A DNA stretch of 64,000 nucleotides, taken from the NCBI RefSeq assembly GCF_006345805.1, contig NC_042999.1:85994001-86058000 (forward strand). Direction: 5' to 3'. Made by a program: the position numbers and the translations under genes. The stretch comes from Octopus sinensis (Eukaryota). Shown here piece by piece: positions 40,517 to 51,986 of this stretch. Positions within the stretch are counted from its first letter, which is position 1, and each line of letters starts with the position of its first letter. The notes beneath the pieces were generated by a model that searched no databases, was not told the origin of the DNA, and saw nothing but the letters and a program-made list of their open reading frames with translations.

Positions 40517-42511
40517 CACATACATACATACATACATACGTACATACATACATATATATATTCTTTTACTTGTTTCAGTCATTGGACTGCAGCCATGCTG
40601 GGGCATAACCTTGAAATATAGCGGGCCACAGGCGATCCGTCCTGCCAGAGTTGCGAATCGGACTGAGCTTCGGGGCGGTAGCGGGATAACTTAATATTGA
40701 TTATATTTACTTCAATAGTAACCTAGGAAAAGCATCAGATCTTTTCACTTTCTTTTTATGGTGCTAGAAATATTTTTTATCAATATCATATGTTTTAGAA
40801 AATTAATGACACTGCACAAACATTATAACATAAGTTAAATTGCCAAAAAAGTTGTTAAATTACTGTACATATTCATAATATGAATATTTATTTTCGTTAA
40901 ACAGATCACCAATATCATTTTCGATTTCCTTCACATTTATTTAAAATTTTGTATAGTCATTCTTGAATACTATAAAGACAAACAAAACAAAAACCCATAA
41001 GTTTCTTATTCTCATTTGTAGGTCAAGTTTCGCGACTAGTTATCTGTTTCTGGATCTGAAGTTGTGTCAGCTCTTGGCTTGCTGTTTAAGTGATATAAAT
41101 CACGTAGATGTAATAGAATATCAATGAGCACTTTCAATGTGAGCTTATTTCGTTTTAGTCCTCGTTTTAATAACAACCAACAAAGATAACACATTTCAGT
41201 TACTAACGACAGACTTTTCCAGTTAACAGTCCTCTTTTAACTCTTATCAGTACAATATGAATGGCAAAGGTAATTATTAATCGTAGAATAAATTCTAACT
41301 GGATGATTAACCGATAATGACTAGGCATTAAAAATAATATAAAAGTTTGACTGAAACGTTTTGCTGTTACCTAGATTTTTTTATGATGTCATATTATTTA
41401 AGATATTGTTGTTGCAGCATGCTACCACTCATACATGTTACTAATTTATATATATATATGGTAACAAACACACGCAGTGATTTGAATATGTTGAATTCAC
41501 GACCCTATCGATTTCAAAATCTGTTGGAATAGCTTCAAGCTACTTAGTAAAAGACCACGTCTTAGTTGTACAACATGGAAAAACAGTTATTGAGCAGGAC
41601 ACTGAGCTACATCTATCCTAGTATCTAGACACTCTTAATCAAAGTAAACTAGCAAAGACTTAGCATATTGCCTATGAGCACTGCTAATAGAATACAAATT
41701 GGTACTTAGAAGTGTAAACCTGCATTAGTTTATCGGAGTCTGCTTCATCATAATAGTTTTACTACTTTCTTCCACTTTTAATTTACAGTATACATGCTTT
41801 TGTAGCCATACCAGGTAGATGGTAAGCTACAATGAATATTTTCAGATACTGTTTTAAATATTTTTCTCTTTTGCAAATCCTAACTACCAAGTTCCTTTAA
41901 CCGCCTTAGTTCCTTTAACTTCTGTTAGTTGGTAGTTTAAAACGAAGTCTAACATGCTGTGTTCGTCCAAGGTGCCTAGAGGTATATGATCTGGAGATAC
42001 CTTCCAGTAGACTGAAATCACGAGTGTGGTAGTTCCAGCGTCTATAACAGAAGATTTTTGTCTGCTCTGTGTGCTTTTATACACCAAACCACAATATGAA
42101 AGGTTCTCTCAAGGCTAATAACATAGCATTTGGTATTCTACCTAAATATTCACGTTAGGTTGGATGTAAAGATTGTCTTTAAATACTAATACTACTTCCG
42201 TCTCTAATAATTAATTTTTAGCAAACTACTACTAGATCCACCGGCGAAATGTGGGATTTGTTGTAGTAACCAAATTGGCCACCCCCATATCTTAATGGTA
42301 ACATACAAATAACACAAGTATATAAAGTAGCCGTCTTGGGTGGGGTGGTCACGTCCCACGCTATACTACTGACTAGAACTTATGTGAAATATCGGCTGCT
42401 ATATTTAGGAGGAAGACATAACTCTTATCTATTTTACGCTCATGAAAGCAGAGCTATGCACTGGTCCTGAAGCTCACATCATCTTAAAGATAGTGTGTTG
42501 GCACATATATG

Positions 42512-42560
<49 letters not shown>

Positions 42561-42566
<6 letters not shown>

Positions 42567-42910
42567 CAAAAATGGGACAAGAATGCAAAACATCCAGACA
42601 GACGATGCAAAGAAAACAAGGACGGGTCATTCGGAGTTTTCTTTCCCCAGTCGAGTTCTTTACAATTTCGGTTGGTTATATTCGAGATTGCTCCAATCTG
42701 GCCAGCCCCAAGGAAAAACTAAGCTAAGAGCACTAGATTCCTTGGAAGACAGCAGCGATTGTATACGAAAACAAGGACGGAGAAATTGTACACAAATACA
42801 AATAACAGGACATTAACAACGGATGTCTTTCGACCAAGGACGAATTAAATTAAGCTGGCGTGTGTGGAAGTAAAGCTTTACTTCCACCACACACGGCAGC
42901 TTAATTTAAT
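42561..42910 (-). mobile_element. (TA)n-embedded short element with loop-less terminal palindrome (42844-42910)
   Basis: attaaattaagctggcgtgtgtggaagtaaag|ctttacttccaccacacacggcagcttaatttaat. The body is homologous (inverted) to about 50960-51330. Confidence 0.65.
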
Positions 42911-43025
42911 ATATATATATATAAAGTTAATCCAAACAAGAAAGCACAAAAAAAAACACAACAACGCGAGGACGTGGAACAAATATAGTATTATTGGACG
43001 CTCAGAAAAGAAGGGAAGAAGGAGG

Positions 43026-43060
43026 GTTTAACGTTTCGAGCGGAGCTCTTCGTCGGAAAC
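43026..43060 (-). ncRNA. Minimal hammerhead motif, C4 variant, in a ~230-bp (TA)n-embedded element (42923-43148)
   Basis: gttt-CCGACGA-a-gagc tcc gctc-GAAA-c-GTT-aaac: 4-bp stems I and II, palindromic AACGUU stem III. Confidence 0.6.
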
Positions 43061-43147
43061 ATAGGAGAAGGAAAGATCCAGAGAAGGGAAGACAGAGGAA
43101 AAAAAATCGCCAACGGTACACACGAGGTCACATTTGGAGCGGCGTAC

Positions 43148-43232
<85 letters not shown>

Positions 43233-43718
43233 TTTTATCTATTGATGTTGGGTGCGAGAATAAATGTATATATGTTTATTGTTCGTGTAGTGGGCGTGTG
43301 TACGTATATATATATATCGATCTATATACACCTGTGGTGTTTGTGTATGTTTCTGTATGTGGTGCATGTGTGTGTATGTATCTCTGTGTGTACGTGTATG
43401 TATCTGTCTATGTGGCATATGCATACATCTGTTTGTGTATGTGTGGTATGCATGTTTATGCGTGTGTCTCTTTCAAAGGCCCATTTCAACCTTCGGTGTG
43501 ATTATTAAAAAAAATTTTTCCCGCAGATACCAACTCATTCTTTCACGCACTCAATCATTCTTTCTTCTTCTTCTTCTTCTTCTTCTTCTTCTTCTCCCCT
43601 CCCCCACTCTCTAACAGTTCACAATGTATTGCAGTCACGTTCAAAGAGTAAATTATTTTAATTACAGACAGACAGATAAACAAACAGACAAGGAGATAGA
43701 CAGATACACACACACATA

Positions 43719-43767
<49 letters not shown>

Positions 43768-44223
43768 AAGCAAATATACACAGAACGACACGTACATAAA
43801 AATACATGACGTATACACAAACATACTAGCAAAAACGCACATGCTCACATTCAGGTAAACACAAAGTCAAACATTTACACCTCTCTCTCTCATACACAGA
43901 CACTCATACACACACATACACAAATAAGCATACGCATATATATATAGTTATAAATGCACTGTGAAAGACTTAAAAAGCGCGCACACACACATATCCTAAT
44001 AAACAAACGCACTAACAAAGACTTACAGTATATATACTTGAATAAACATAGACTCAAAGTTTACAAAATACACGCACATGCACTAGATTAAAATTTAATT
44101 TTTAAGAACTCAAATCTCCCCTCCTCCTTTCCATTCACACTCTCTTTAATCACTTTGTTTCGTACTCCTACTTTCCTTCTTCGCTGGTAAACATTATTGC
44201 TGTCACTTAACTCAATCTTCATC

Positions 44224-44361
44224 GCCACCACCACCACCACCACCACCACCACCACCACCACCACCACCACCACCACAGCCGCCACCACCACCACCGCCGC
44301 CGCCACCGCCACCACCACCGCCACCGCCGCCACCGCCAGTGCCCTCGCCACCGCCGCCACC
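44224..44361. repeat. (CAC)n/(CGC)n trinucleotide repeat
   Basis: Direct reading. Confidence 0.95.
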
Positions 44362-44957
44362 ATTTTCATTAACTTAAAACTTCGTACTCCTCAGGAAGCT
44401 TCGATTATGTTAACACCTTCCTCTTGCAGCTATAATTGCTCTTTTCCCACCACCTCGTATTGTTTACCTTAGTTTTTGTTGTTATTGTTGTTTTTCAGCT
44501 CCCCGTCCCTGTTGAGTTTTATTTTATTTACACTAAGCAACACTCAGACAATATTTCTTCTTTATATCTCCTCGTTCTCTCACTCTCTTCCATCTTACTC
44601 TTCACCATACGGTTTCGACCTCTTTGAGGTCATCCTCGGCGGTGGATGCTCGTCTGCTAGCGATACCAGAAGTTCACTCCAGCTCGCAATATAGAGAAAA
44701 TGGTAGTGGTTCATTCGCATGCTTGCAATATATATAGGGTATAGATTGCATCGAATAACCAGCTGGAGGAGACCTTCTCCTGGGGTTAAAAATAGCAGTA
44801 ATGTCAGTTCCTACGGAACAGCCGTGTTTAAGTGGTAATAAACATTACTTCTCAGTGTAGTTACTCTTTCATCTCATATAGAGATTTTCTAACTAGCGAA
44901 TTTATTTGTTGCAAGATCAGCTGGAGTGGACTACTGCTATCTCTAGCTGACGAGTAT

Positions 44958-45006
44958 CCACCACCGAGGATAACCACAAAGAGGTCGAAACCGTACGGTC
45001 TGGTGG
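44958..45006 (+). ncRNA. Complete type-I hammerhead fold, C4 variant
   Basis: ccacca-CCGAGGA-t-aacc acaaaga ggtc-GAAA-c cgtacg-GTC-tggtgg: perfect 6-bp stem I and palindromic stem III ACCGUACGGU. The inverted copy at 44604-44684 shows an intact stem II, gacctc aaa gaggtc. Confidence 0.72.
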
Positions 45007-45052
45007 TCTCATGGCTGGAAGATGGCAGAGGTTCACTCCTCTGCTTGTAATA

Positions 45053-45720
45053 TATAGGGTGGCCATAAAGTCACGAACCATCCTGCAATATATGAAATTG
45101 TAACACACTCTTTTTTTAATCTCTTTTCACAACTGCCGATATTACAAACCAAACCTCATTGGATGGAGGCAGATAATCAAGAAGGCGGGGGCAAAGTAAG
45201 GGTGTAGTATAGGATTTGGTACAATCAAGTAATTGGACCGTTTTATTTTGAAGGCTCTGTGATAGGTGATTCGTATCTGGACATGCTTGGTAACAAGATG
45301 ATGCCTCACGTGCATTCACTTGGAAGGGAAAATCCTGTCTGGTTTCAGCAGGATGGGGCACCGCCCCATTATGTATTACAGGTTCGCGATTTTCTGAATG
45401 AACATTTTCCAGGGAGATGACATATATATATATGTATACATACATATACATACATACATTCATACACACACACACATACATCGTATTGTATCCCAAAAAT
45501 TGAATACACGCTTTAGCAGATGATAACTCATTTAATTTTCATTCCTATTAAGAATTAATCCATTAGAAATAATACAGACTAAGCTTTGAAGAAAGGAAAC
45601 TTAACCTAAAGTGCTACTGGAAGTTTGAAAAAGCAGTCGAAGTGCAAACATAATTCCAGGTGGAGTTTCTAACAGACCCACCTATGCAAGTGATCACATG
45701 AGTGAAGTACATGGAACAAC
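45053..45720 (+). pseudogene. Tc1/mariner-superfamily (maT/DD37D-like) transposase fragments
   Basis: VIGPFYFEGSVIGDSYLDML..PVWFQQDGAPPHYVLQVRDFLNEHFPGR (about 45228-45417) and an N-terminal piece RLSFEERKLNLKCYWKFEKAVEVQ (about 45577-45700). Confidence 0.75.
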
Positions 45721-45927
45721 TGTTCCGGAGGATCGCGGACATCGATGAACCAAACAAAGCAAAGCAGAAGGGTACTAGAAACGTATTACCAGAGTTCAAG
45801 GAAATCTGTGCAGCAAGCGAGTCTTGAGAAAGAATCGTCCTTCGCATTTCGACGTGCTGCTTAGAATGTGCTTCCAATTTTGTCTTGATTGCACCATTCT
45901 TTTTCATTTTGACTCATATCGTTTAGC

Positions 45928-45983
<56 letters not shown>

Positions 45984-46094
45984 TATATATATGCATGCAT
46001 ACATACATCTACAGTATGTATATATGTATGCATGTGTATATATATGTACATATATATGTATGTGTTTATTGATATACATATGTATATGTATGTA

Positions 46095-46152
<58 letters not shown>

Positions 46153-46182
46153 CATACGTATATATGTGTATATATATATATA

Positions 46183-46507
46183 GTGAGGGCGCGTGGCTTA
46201 GTGGTTAGGGCATTCGGCTCATGATCGTAAGGTTGTGAGTTCGATTCCCGGCGACGCGTTGTGTCCTTGAGCAAGACACTTTATTTCACGTTGCTCCAGT
46301 CTACTCAGCTGGCAAAAATGAGTTGTACTTGTATTTCAAAGGGTCAGCCTTGTCACTCTCTGTGTCACGCTGATTATCCCCGAGAACTACGTTAAGGGTA
46401 CACGTGTCTGTGGAATGCTCAGCCATTTGCACGTTAATTTCACGAGCAAGCTGTTCCGTTGATCGTATCAGCTGGGACCCTCGTCGTCGTAACCGGCGGA
46501 GTCTTTT
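46183..46507 (+). mobile_element. tRNA-derived SINE family C, full length
   Basis: A box tggcttagtgg, B box gagttcgattcc (46237-46248), core gtgtccttgagcaagacactttatttcacgttgctccagt. Confidence 0.85.
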
Positions 46508-46836
46508 AATATATATATATATATGTAGTATGTATGTATACATACATACATATATATATATATGAGAAACTTGACTTTGCAAAGCGATAAACACTAAGAA
46601 AATAGGTGAGTTAGCTTGTACATTAAAAGCTTAGTTATAACAGATAAATATTTATAATTAGCTCGCAACAGAACAAAAAGAAAAGGTAGTATGTTGGTAC
46701 TATAGGCGTTTGGGAAGAAACATATGGATTTTTGAAACAGTCAATGAATTTATTGTTCTTCATTATTATTATCAAATTAGTGCTTATAAAAATTCAAGGT
46801 ATATATATATATTATATATATATATATATATATATG

Positions 46837-46930
<94 letters not shown>

Positions 46931-47641
46931 ATGTGTGTGTATGTTTGTGTGTGTTCGCGTACATGCATACTATGATCAGCTTAGGACGAAGCTTTTTGGA
47001 TAAGACTATCTTACTGATAACATTAAGTAAAAGATGCAACTTGAGTGTGTTTGGAATGTAGTAATTCTGATAATAACATTTTAATAACATACTGCGTAAT
47101 TGTAATAAGCAGATTTCCATAACTATCTATCTATCTATCTATCTATCTTTCGTTTTTGGATTTTCTTTGCAAGATTCTTTATATGAGTTCGTGTGTTGAA
47201 GCATATTCTGTTGTGTCTGAAGAGAGTCATTTTCTTTTTGTGCTTTATGATTTAACTCATCGGTAAAATTTCTTATTTCTATTTTTATTTTCCTGAAATT
47301 TTCTTATTTCTATAATAGAAATATTAAAATTACTAAGTCTCTCTAAAGGAGATTACGGCAGCGTTACTGGAAATTAATAGTTATCGCCATACTAATATGG
47401 TAGTCTTATAAATATAAGACTAAAGCTGTCGCTGATTAACTCCAAGAGGCCACCGCCTCAAGCTAGCTATTTGACACAAAACCTGCGTCCATTATAAACC
47501 TTCGAACAAGGGAGGTCAGCCGCTTCATCCTGCCAGTCAGACAGCTACAGACATGTTTCAGGGTTGTTGCCCCTTATCAAACTACGTAAATAAAGCCTTC
47601 GAACTGGGACGATCAGTAGCGACACCTGCAAGTCTGACTAC

Positions 47642-47684
47642 GCTGCATTGATAAGGGGCAACAACCCTGAAACATGTCTGTAGC
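47642..47684 (+). ncRNA. Type-I hammerhead with compensatory U3-A8 core
   Basis: gctgca-TTGATAA-gggg caacaa ccct-GAAA-c at-GTC-tgtagc: 6-bp stem I (one GU), 4-bp stem II, palindromic ACAUGU stem III, GUC triplet. Confidence 0.72.
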
Positions 47685-47916
47685 TGTCTGACTGGCAGGA
47701 TGAAACGGCTGACCTCCCTTGTTCGAAGGTTTATAATGGACGCAGGTTTTGTGTCAAATAGCTAGCTTGAGGCGGTGGCTTCTTGGAGCTAATCAGCGAC
47801 AGCTTTAGTCTTATATTTATAAGACTGCCATATTAGTATGGCGATAACTATTAATTTCTTATTTTTATTTTCCTAAAATTTTCGTTGCGTCTTGCACCTT
47901 TTCAATAGAATCAAGA

Positions 47917-47953
47917 CTATTGAAAAGGTTGCAAGACGCAACGAAAATTTTAG
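47917..47953 (+). ncRNA. Second U3-A8 hammerhead-like motif (mirror copy at 47870-47910, minus)
   Basis: cta-TTGAAAA-g-gttgc aagac gcaac-GAAA-a-TTT-tag: perfect 5-bp stem II, AAUU stem III, short stem I. Confidence 0.5.
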
Positions 47954-48447
47954 GAAAATAAAAATATGAAATAAGTGGAAATTTTACCGGTGAGTGTGTT
48001 AAATTATAAGGCACAAAAAGAAAATGACTCTCCCCAGACACAACAGAGTATCTGTTTATCTATATGCGAAAAAGGGTAAGTTATATAACATATAAGATAT
48101 ATTCTTGATTTATTAAGTTATTCTCGCTTACGTTAGACTAGGAGTCTGGCGGTAATTCATACCAATGGCAATTGAAAAAAAAAGACAATCTCAAGAGCCA
48201 AACATTTCCCTAAATCGATACTCTATTAGGTAAGCAGAGTTAGTAACAATAAATCAAGAATTTATCTTGATTATTATTTAATATATCCTTATTAGACTTT
48301 GTTGCTTAAATACATATATACCTTGTGCCCTTTGAGTTATTTCTTTAAGGGCATTTTCGTTTCGTTTATACAAATTACTTAATTTGTTCTCTTTTTCTTT
48401 TGTATATATCTAAGTGCCTAGTCTGTTGGAGATAAGGTAGGTCAAAT

Positions 48448-48491
48448 GTTATGCTGATGACGCCTATTGAGCAGAAACACGTGTCTACAGC
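48448..48491 (+). ncRNA. Hammerhead motif, mildly decayed
   Basis: gttatg-CTGATGA-cgcctattgagca-GAAA-c acgt-GTC-tacagc: stem I 5/6 paired including GU, palindromic ACACGUGU. An upstream imperfect inverted repeat lies at about 48093-48130 / 48230-48269. Confidence 0.58.
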
Positions 48492-48708
48492 TGTTCTCTT
48501 GTTTCAGAGACTCAAACTGAAACAAATGGCGTGTAAGCTGCGTAGAAATTTTGATACTAGATATTATGTCCCCTTCTCATTTGAAGAGGGTAACAAAATG
48601 GTCGGATAATAATTAAGAAGCTCTAGTTTTGGGAGGTTTTGTCACACATACATGTGTGAGAATGTGTTTGTGTGTATGTGTATATGTGTGTGCATATATA
48701 TGTATGTA

Positions 48709-48749
<41 letters not shown>

Positions 48750-48750
48750 A

Positions 48751-48966
48751 CAAGGGGTACTCATAAGTTCCTGGCTTTCAGGGTGTCGCGAAAGGCCTGG
48801 TTGGAGGCCCAAACTTCCGAGTTCTTTTACAGGACTTAGAAAAACTGAAGGACCATTGCAATAAGTGTATGAATCTGAGAGGGAAATATGTTGAATAAAA
48901 TCACAATTAACTGATCCTTCTGTATTTTCTTTTACCCAAAGCCAACAACTTTTTTAGCATCCCTCA
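48751..48966 (+). mobile_element. Internally deleted mariner (MITE)
   Basis: TA flanks, imperfect TIRs caaggggtactcataagttcctggcttt / aaagccaacaactttttagcatccctca, and a retained transposase C-terminus LEKLKDHCNKCMNLRGKYVE*. Confidence 0.8.
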
Positions 48967-49133
48967 TATATATATATCAATAAATGGTGGGGTTGTGTTG
49001 ACCGCACGTGGAGAAATGATAGGCAAGGAAAAATTATAAAAAGGCAGAATGCTAAATTGAAGGTAAATTTTAATGAAAATGGGTGTATGGAAAATAAAAA
49101 TAAAAATCTAAACGGTTTTCGTCGCAATGCGAC

Positions 49134-49211
<78 letters not shown>

Positions 49212-49574
49212 AGAGATGACGAAGGAATAAACGATTATCTTATGAACTTCCTTAGCTTACAGCTGTTTCCACTATAAGATGTAGTGGACTCATAGTTGGG
49301 TAGCTGAGTGTCACTTCACATTCAGAAAATGTGAGGTAACGCATACGTATATTGTGTTCTATACCAGATTAATAGTATCGCAATGCCTAAGCGAAATATT
49401 AAAACACAAGCGCGCACACACACATACACACACTCATTTATATGTACACACATGTTAGCAAATGGTTGCGAAAGAAGGTGATACAATAGTACTCGAAAAG
49501 TAAAATAGCATTTTACTGAGGCTGAAAAGATTTCACAAACTCTTACACAAAGTTTGTCAACCCTTTTGGCTACG

Positions 49575-49607
<33 letters not shown>

Positions 49608-51328
49608 CATTTGTTTAAATATGTTCGAGTGCACTCGGTAGTGAGAAGACCTCCCACTGCGATGACAGTCCCGGGAGAAAAATCCTCTTAGATATGTATG
49701 TAAACAAAGCTGGGCTGTGATCAACGTATTCGAATCGTCGTACGCATGCATTTCTGTGCCGTTTCACTTCGTCAGCTATGAGCATCAAATTTATCATTCA
49801 TAGCCCGATAAGAACGGAATTATTCTTATTAAAATAACATACAGAACGTATGCTGATGTGCATAAAGCTTAGTCAAGTAAATAGTGTTGCACAAAGCAGC
49901 ATTGAATGAAATATATTCGTGTAAAGTGATATTCAACACGTTCGAGCGCACTTGCAATGAGAAAATATTCCATTTTGAGTGCATTTCATTCAAAGTTGCT
50001 TCGGGCTGTTAACTTCATGTCTTGGGTAATTTTGGACTTGGCGAAGCCCATTCCAATTAAGGTCTTACCACAGCCAATTTCATGTTGAAAAGAGGAAGTC
50101 AAACAGATAAAATGAGAGGATGAGAGAATGAGGGTAATCGTCACGAGGACAGTACTTGTACTTTACTTATCGTTTACAAAAGGATGAAAAACAAAATCAT
50201 TCTCAGCAGGATTTGAACTAAGAATAAAGCTAAGGCAATGACTGCAAAGCAATTTATCCGAATCTCCGGTGACTCTACCGATATATATATATATATATAA
50301 AATTAAATAATAAGGGTAGAAATTGATATTAATCAATTAAAACCATTGGCTTAGCATATTTTAAAAAATCTGAAGATTAAAAATTGTTTTACATACAAAA
50401 TTTAGACGACTGACCACTAAAAGTGGACAGCCTATATGCTAAACATAGACGTCAAATCGCCATTACCACGAAGAATGTGTTCTCAAGTACAATCTCAGCA
50501 AAAAACCAAAATGTAAATATATATATTTATATATATGTATATCAATCTAGCTATCTATCTATTTGTCCATTTTTTATATTTATATATACATACAGCGGCG
50601 TACGTAAACTTTTGCTCGCTTTGTAAGTACGTATCTAAATTTTATATGATTCTTTTACTGTGTCTTTTACCCCCCCCATACATTCTTCCTCTTTTCTTTT
50701 TCTCGCTCCCCCTCACCCATTTCTTGGCCCTATCTTTCTTTAATTCCTACTTTTCCTCCTCGTTTATCTCCCTTGTACATTTCTCTTTGTCCCTTTGATT
50801 TTTTTCTCTCTTTCCTTCAAGCCCTCTGCCCCTACCCCTCTTTCCTCCTTTCACATAACCGGTGTTCGGTCAGCCATGATTTTTCATTCTTGGCTTGACT
50901 GTCGACCGCCAACATCTCTTATGTCCATCTCCTATGTTCCTGCCCCAAAACTTTCACTCTATACACGCCAGCTCAATTTGATCCGTCCCCATTAGTCGAA
51001 AGACACCTGTTGTTATATTCTTGTTGTATATATTTGTAATTGTGTAGCATGCTCTCCTCTTTTTTTCTCTTTGTTGTCGTACACATTGCTTTCTTACAAA
51101 AAAATCTAATGTTCTTAGCTTAGACTTTTTTGTGGGGACAACCAAATTTGAACAGTCTCAAGTGTAACTGCCCGAAACTGAAAGGACAATCTAGAAACTT
51201 GACTGACGAAAGGATGTGACAAATGAAACTTCCCTTTTTTTCTTGTTCTTCTATTTGTTGTTTTTCCCGTCCGCCTTTGTATCGTCTATCTGTCCGGATG
51301 TTTCATTGTCCTCTATTGCGTTTTTGTT

Positions 51329-51391
<63 letters not shown>

Positions 51392-51396
51392 CAACC

Positions 51397-51486
<90 letters not shown>

Positions 51487-51945
51487 ACATAAATACACAT
51501 ACAATACACATGTATATACGAACTTTTAGAAATCGTGGTGTTTGCACTGCTTTACATTTTACACGTGGACCTTTGTTTGAAGGAGTTTTGTCATAGTGGG
51601 ATTTTTGTCATTCAAACATTTTTGTTATTAATTATAATCGCGAACCAATGAATTTAATCTGATAGCAAATAACTTTTGCTAAAGTTTTGTTCGACATATG
51701 AGTCACATCATAGAAACAGAACTTCTATGGTAAACAAACCAGAGATTGTTGTCTCGGGGCCGAACTGGTTACTGGCTCCTTAGAATTACGCAATAGCAAT
51801 ATTATAGAGCATAAAGTTGGCTCATATTGGTATTGTGATGTAAATAAAATTTTAATATACTGCAAAATTTGCAAAATTGTTAACTTTGGTATTGTTTTAT
51901 AACACACACACACTATATGCCTACGTGTGTGGTGGTGGTGGTGGT

Positions 51946-51986
<41 letters not shown>

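Larger units (their letters stand above)
47148..48050. mobile_element. Compound nested fold-back of two Penelope-like pseudo-LTR families
   Basis: Inner 211-bp inverted arms 47370-47580 / 47648-47858 (4 mismatches by eye). The outer family has a hairpin at 47859-47965 and distal arms at about 47196-47303 / 47944-48050. Confidence 0.8.

Noticed and set aside
40620-40690. Isolated 70-bp GC-rich patch
   Set aside because: No supportable structure or family assignment; probably a retroelement scrap next to a SINE tail.
41884-42087. 67-aa minus-strand ORF as a candidate upstream Wnt exon
   Set aside because: It has no Wnt motifs or cysteine pattern.
51203-51232. CTGACGA...GAAAC string
   Set aside because: There is no stem II or stem I pairing, and the homolog at about 42630-42655 does not retain the motif.
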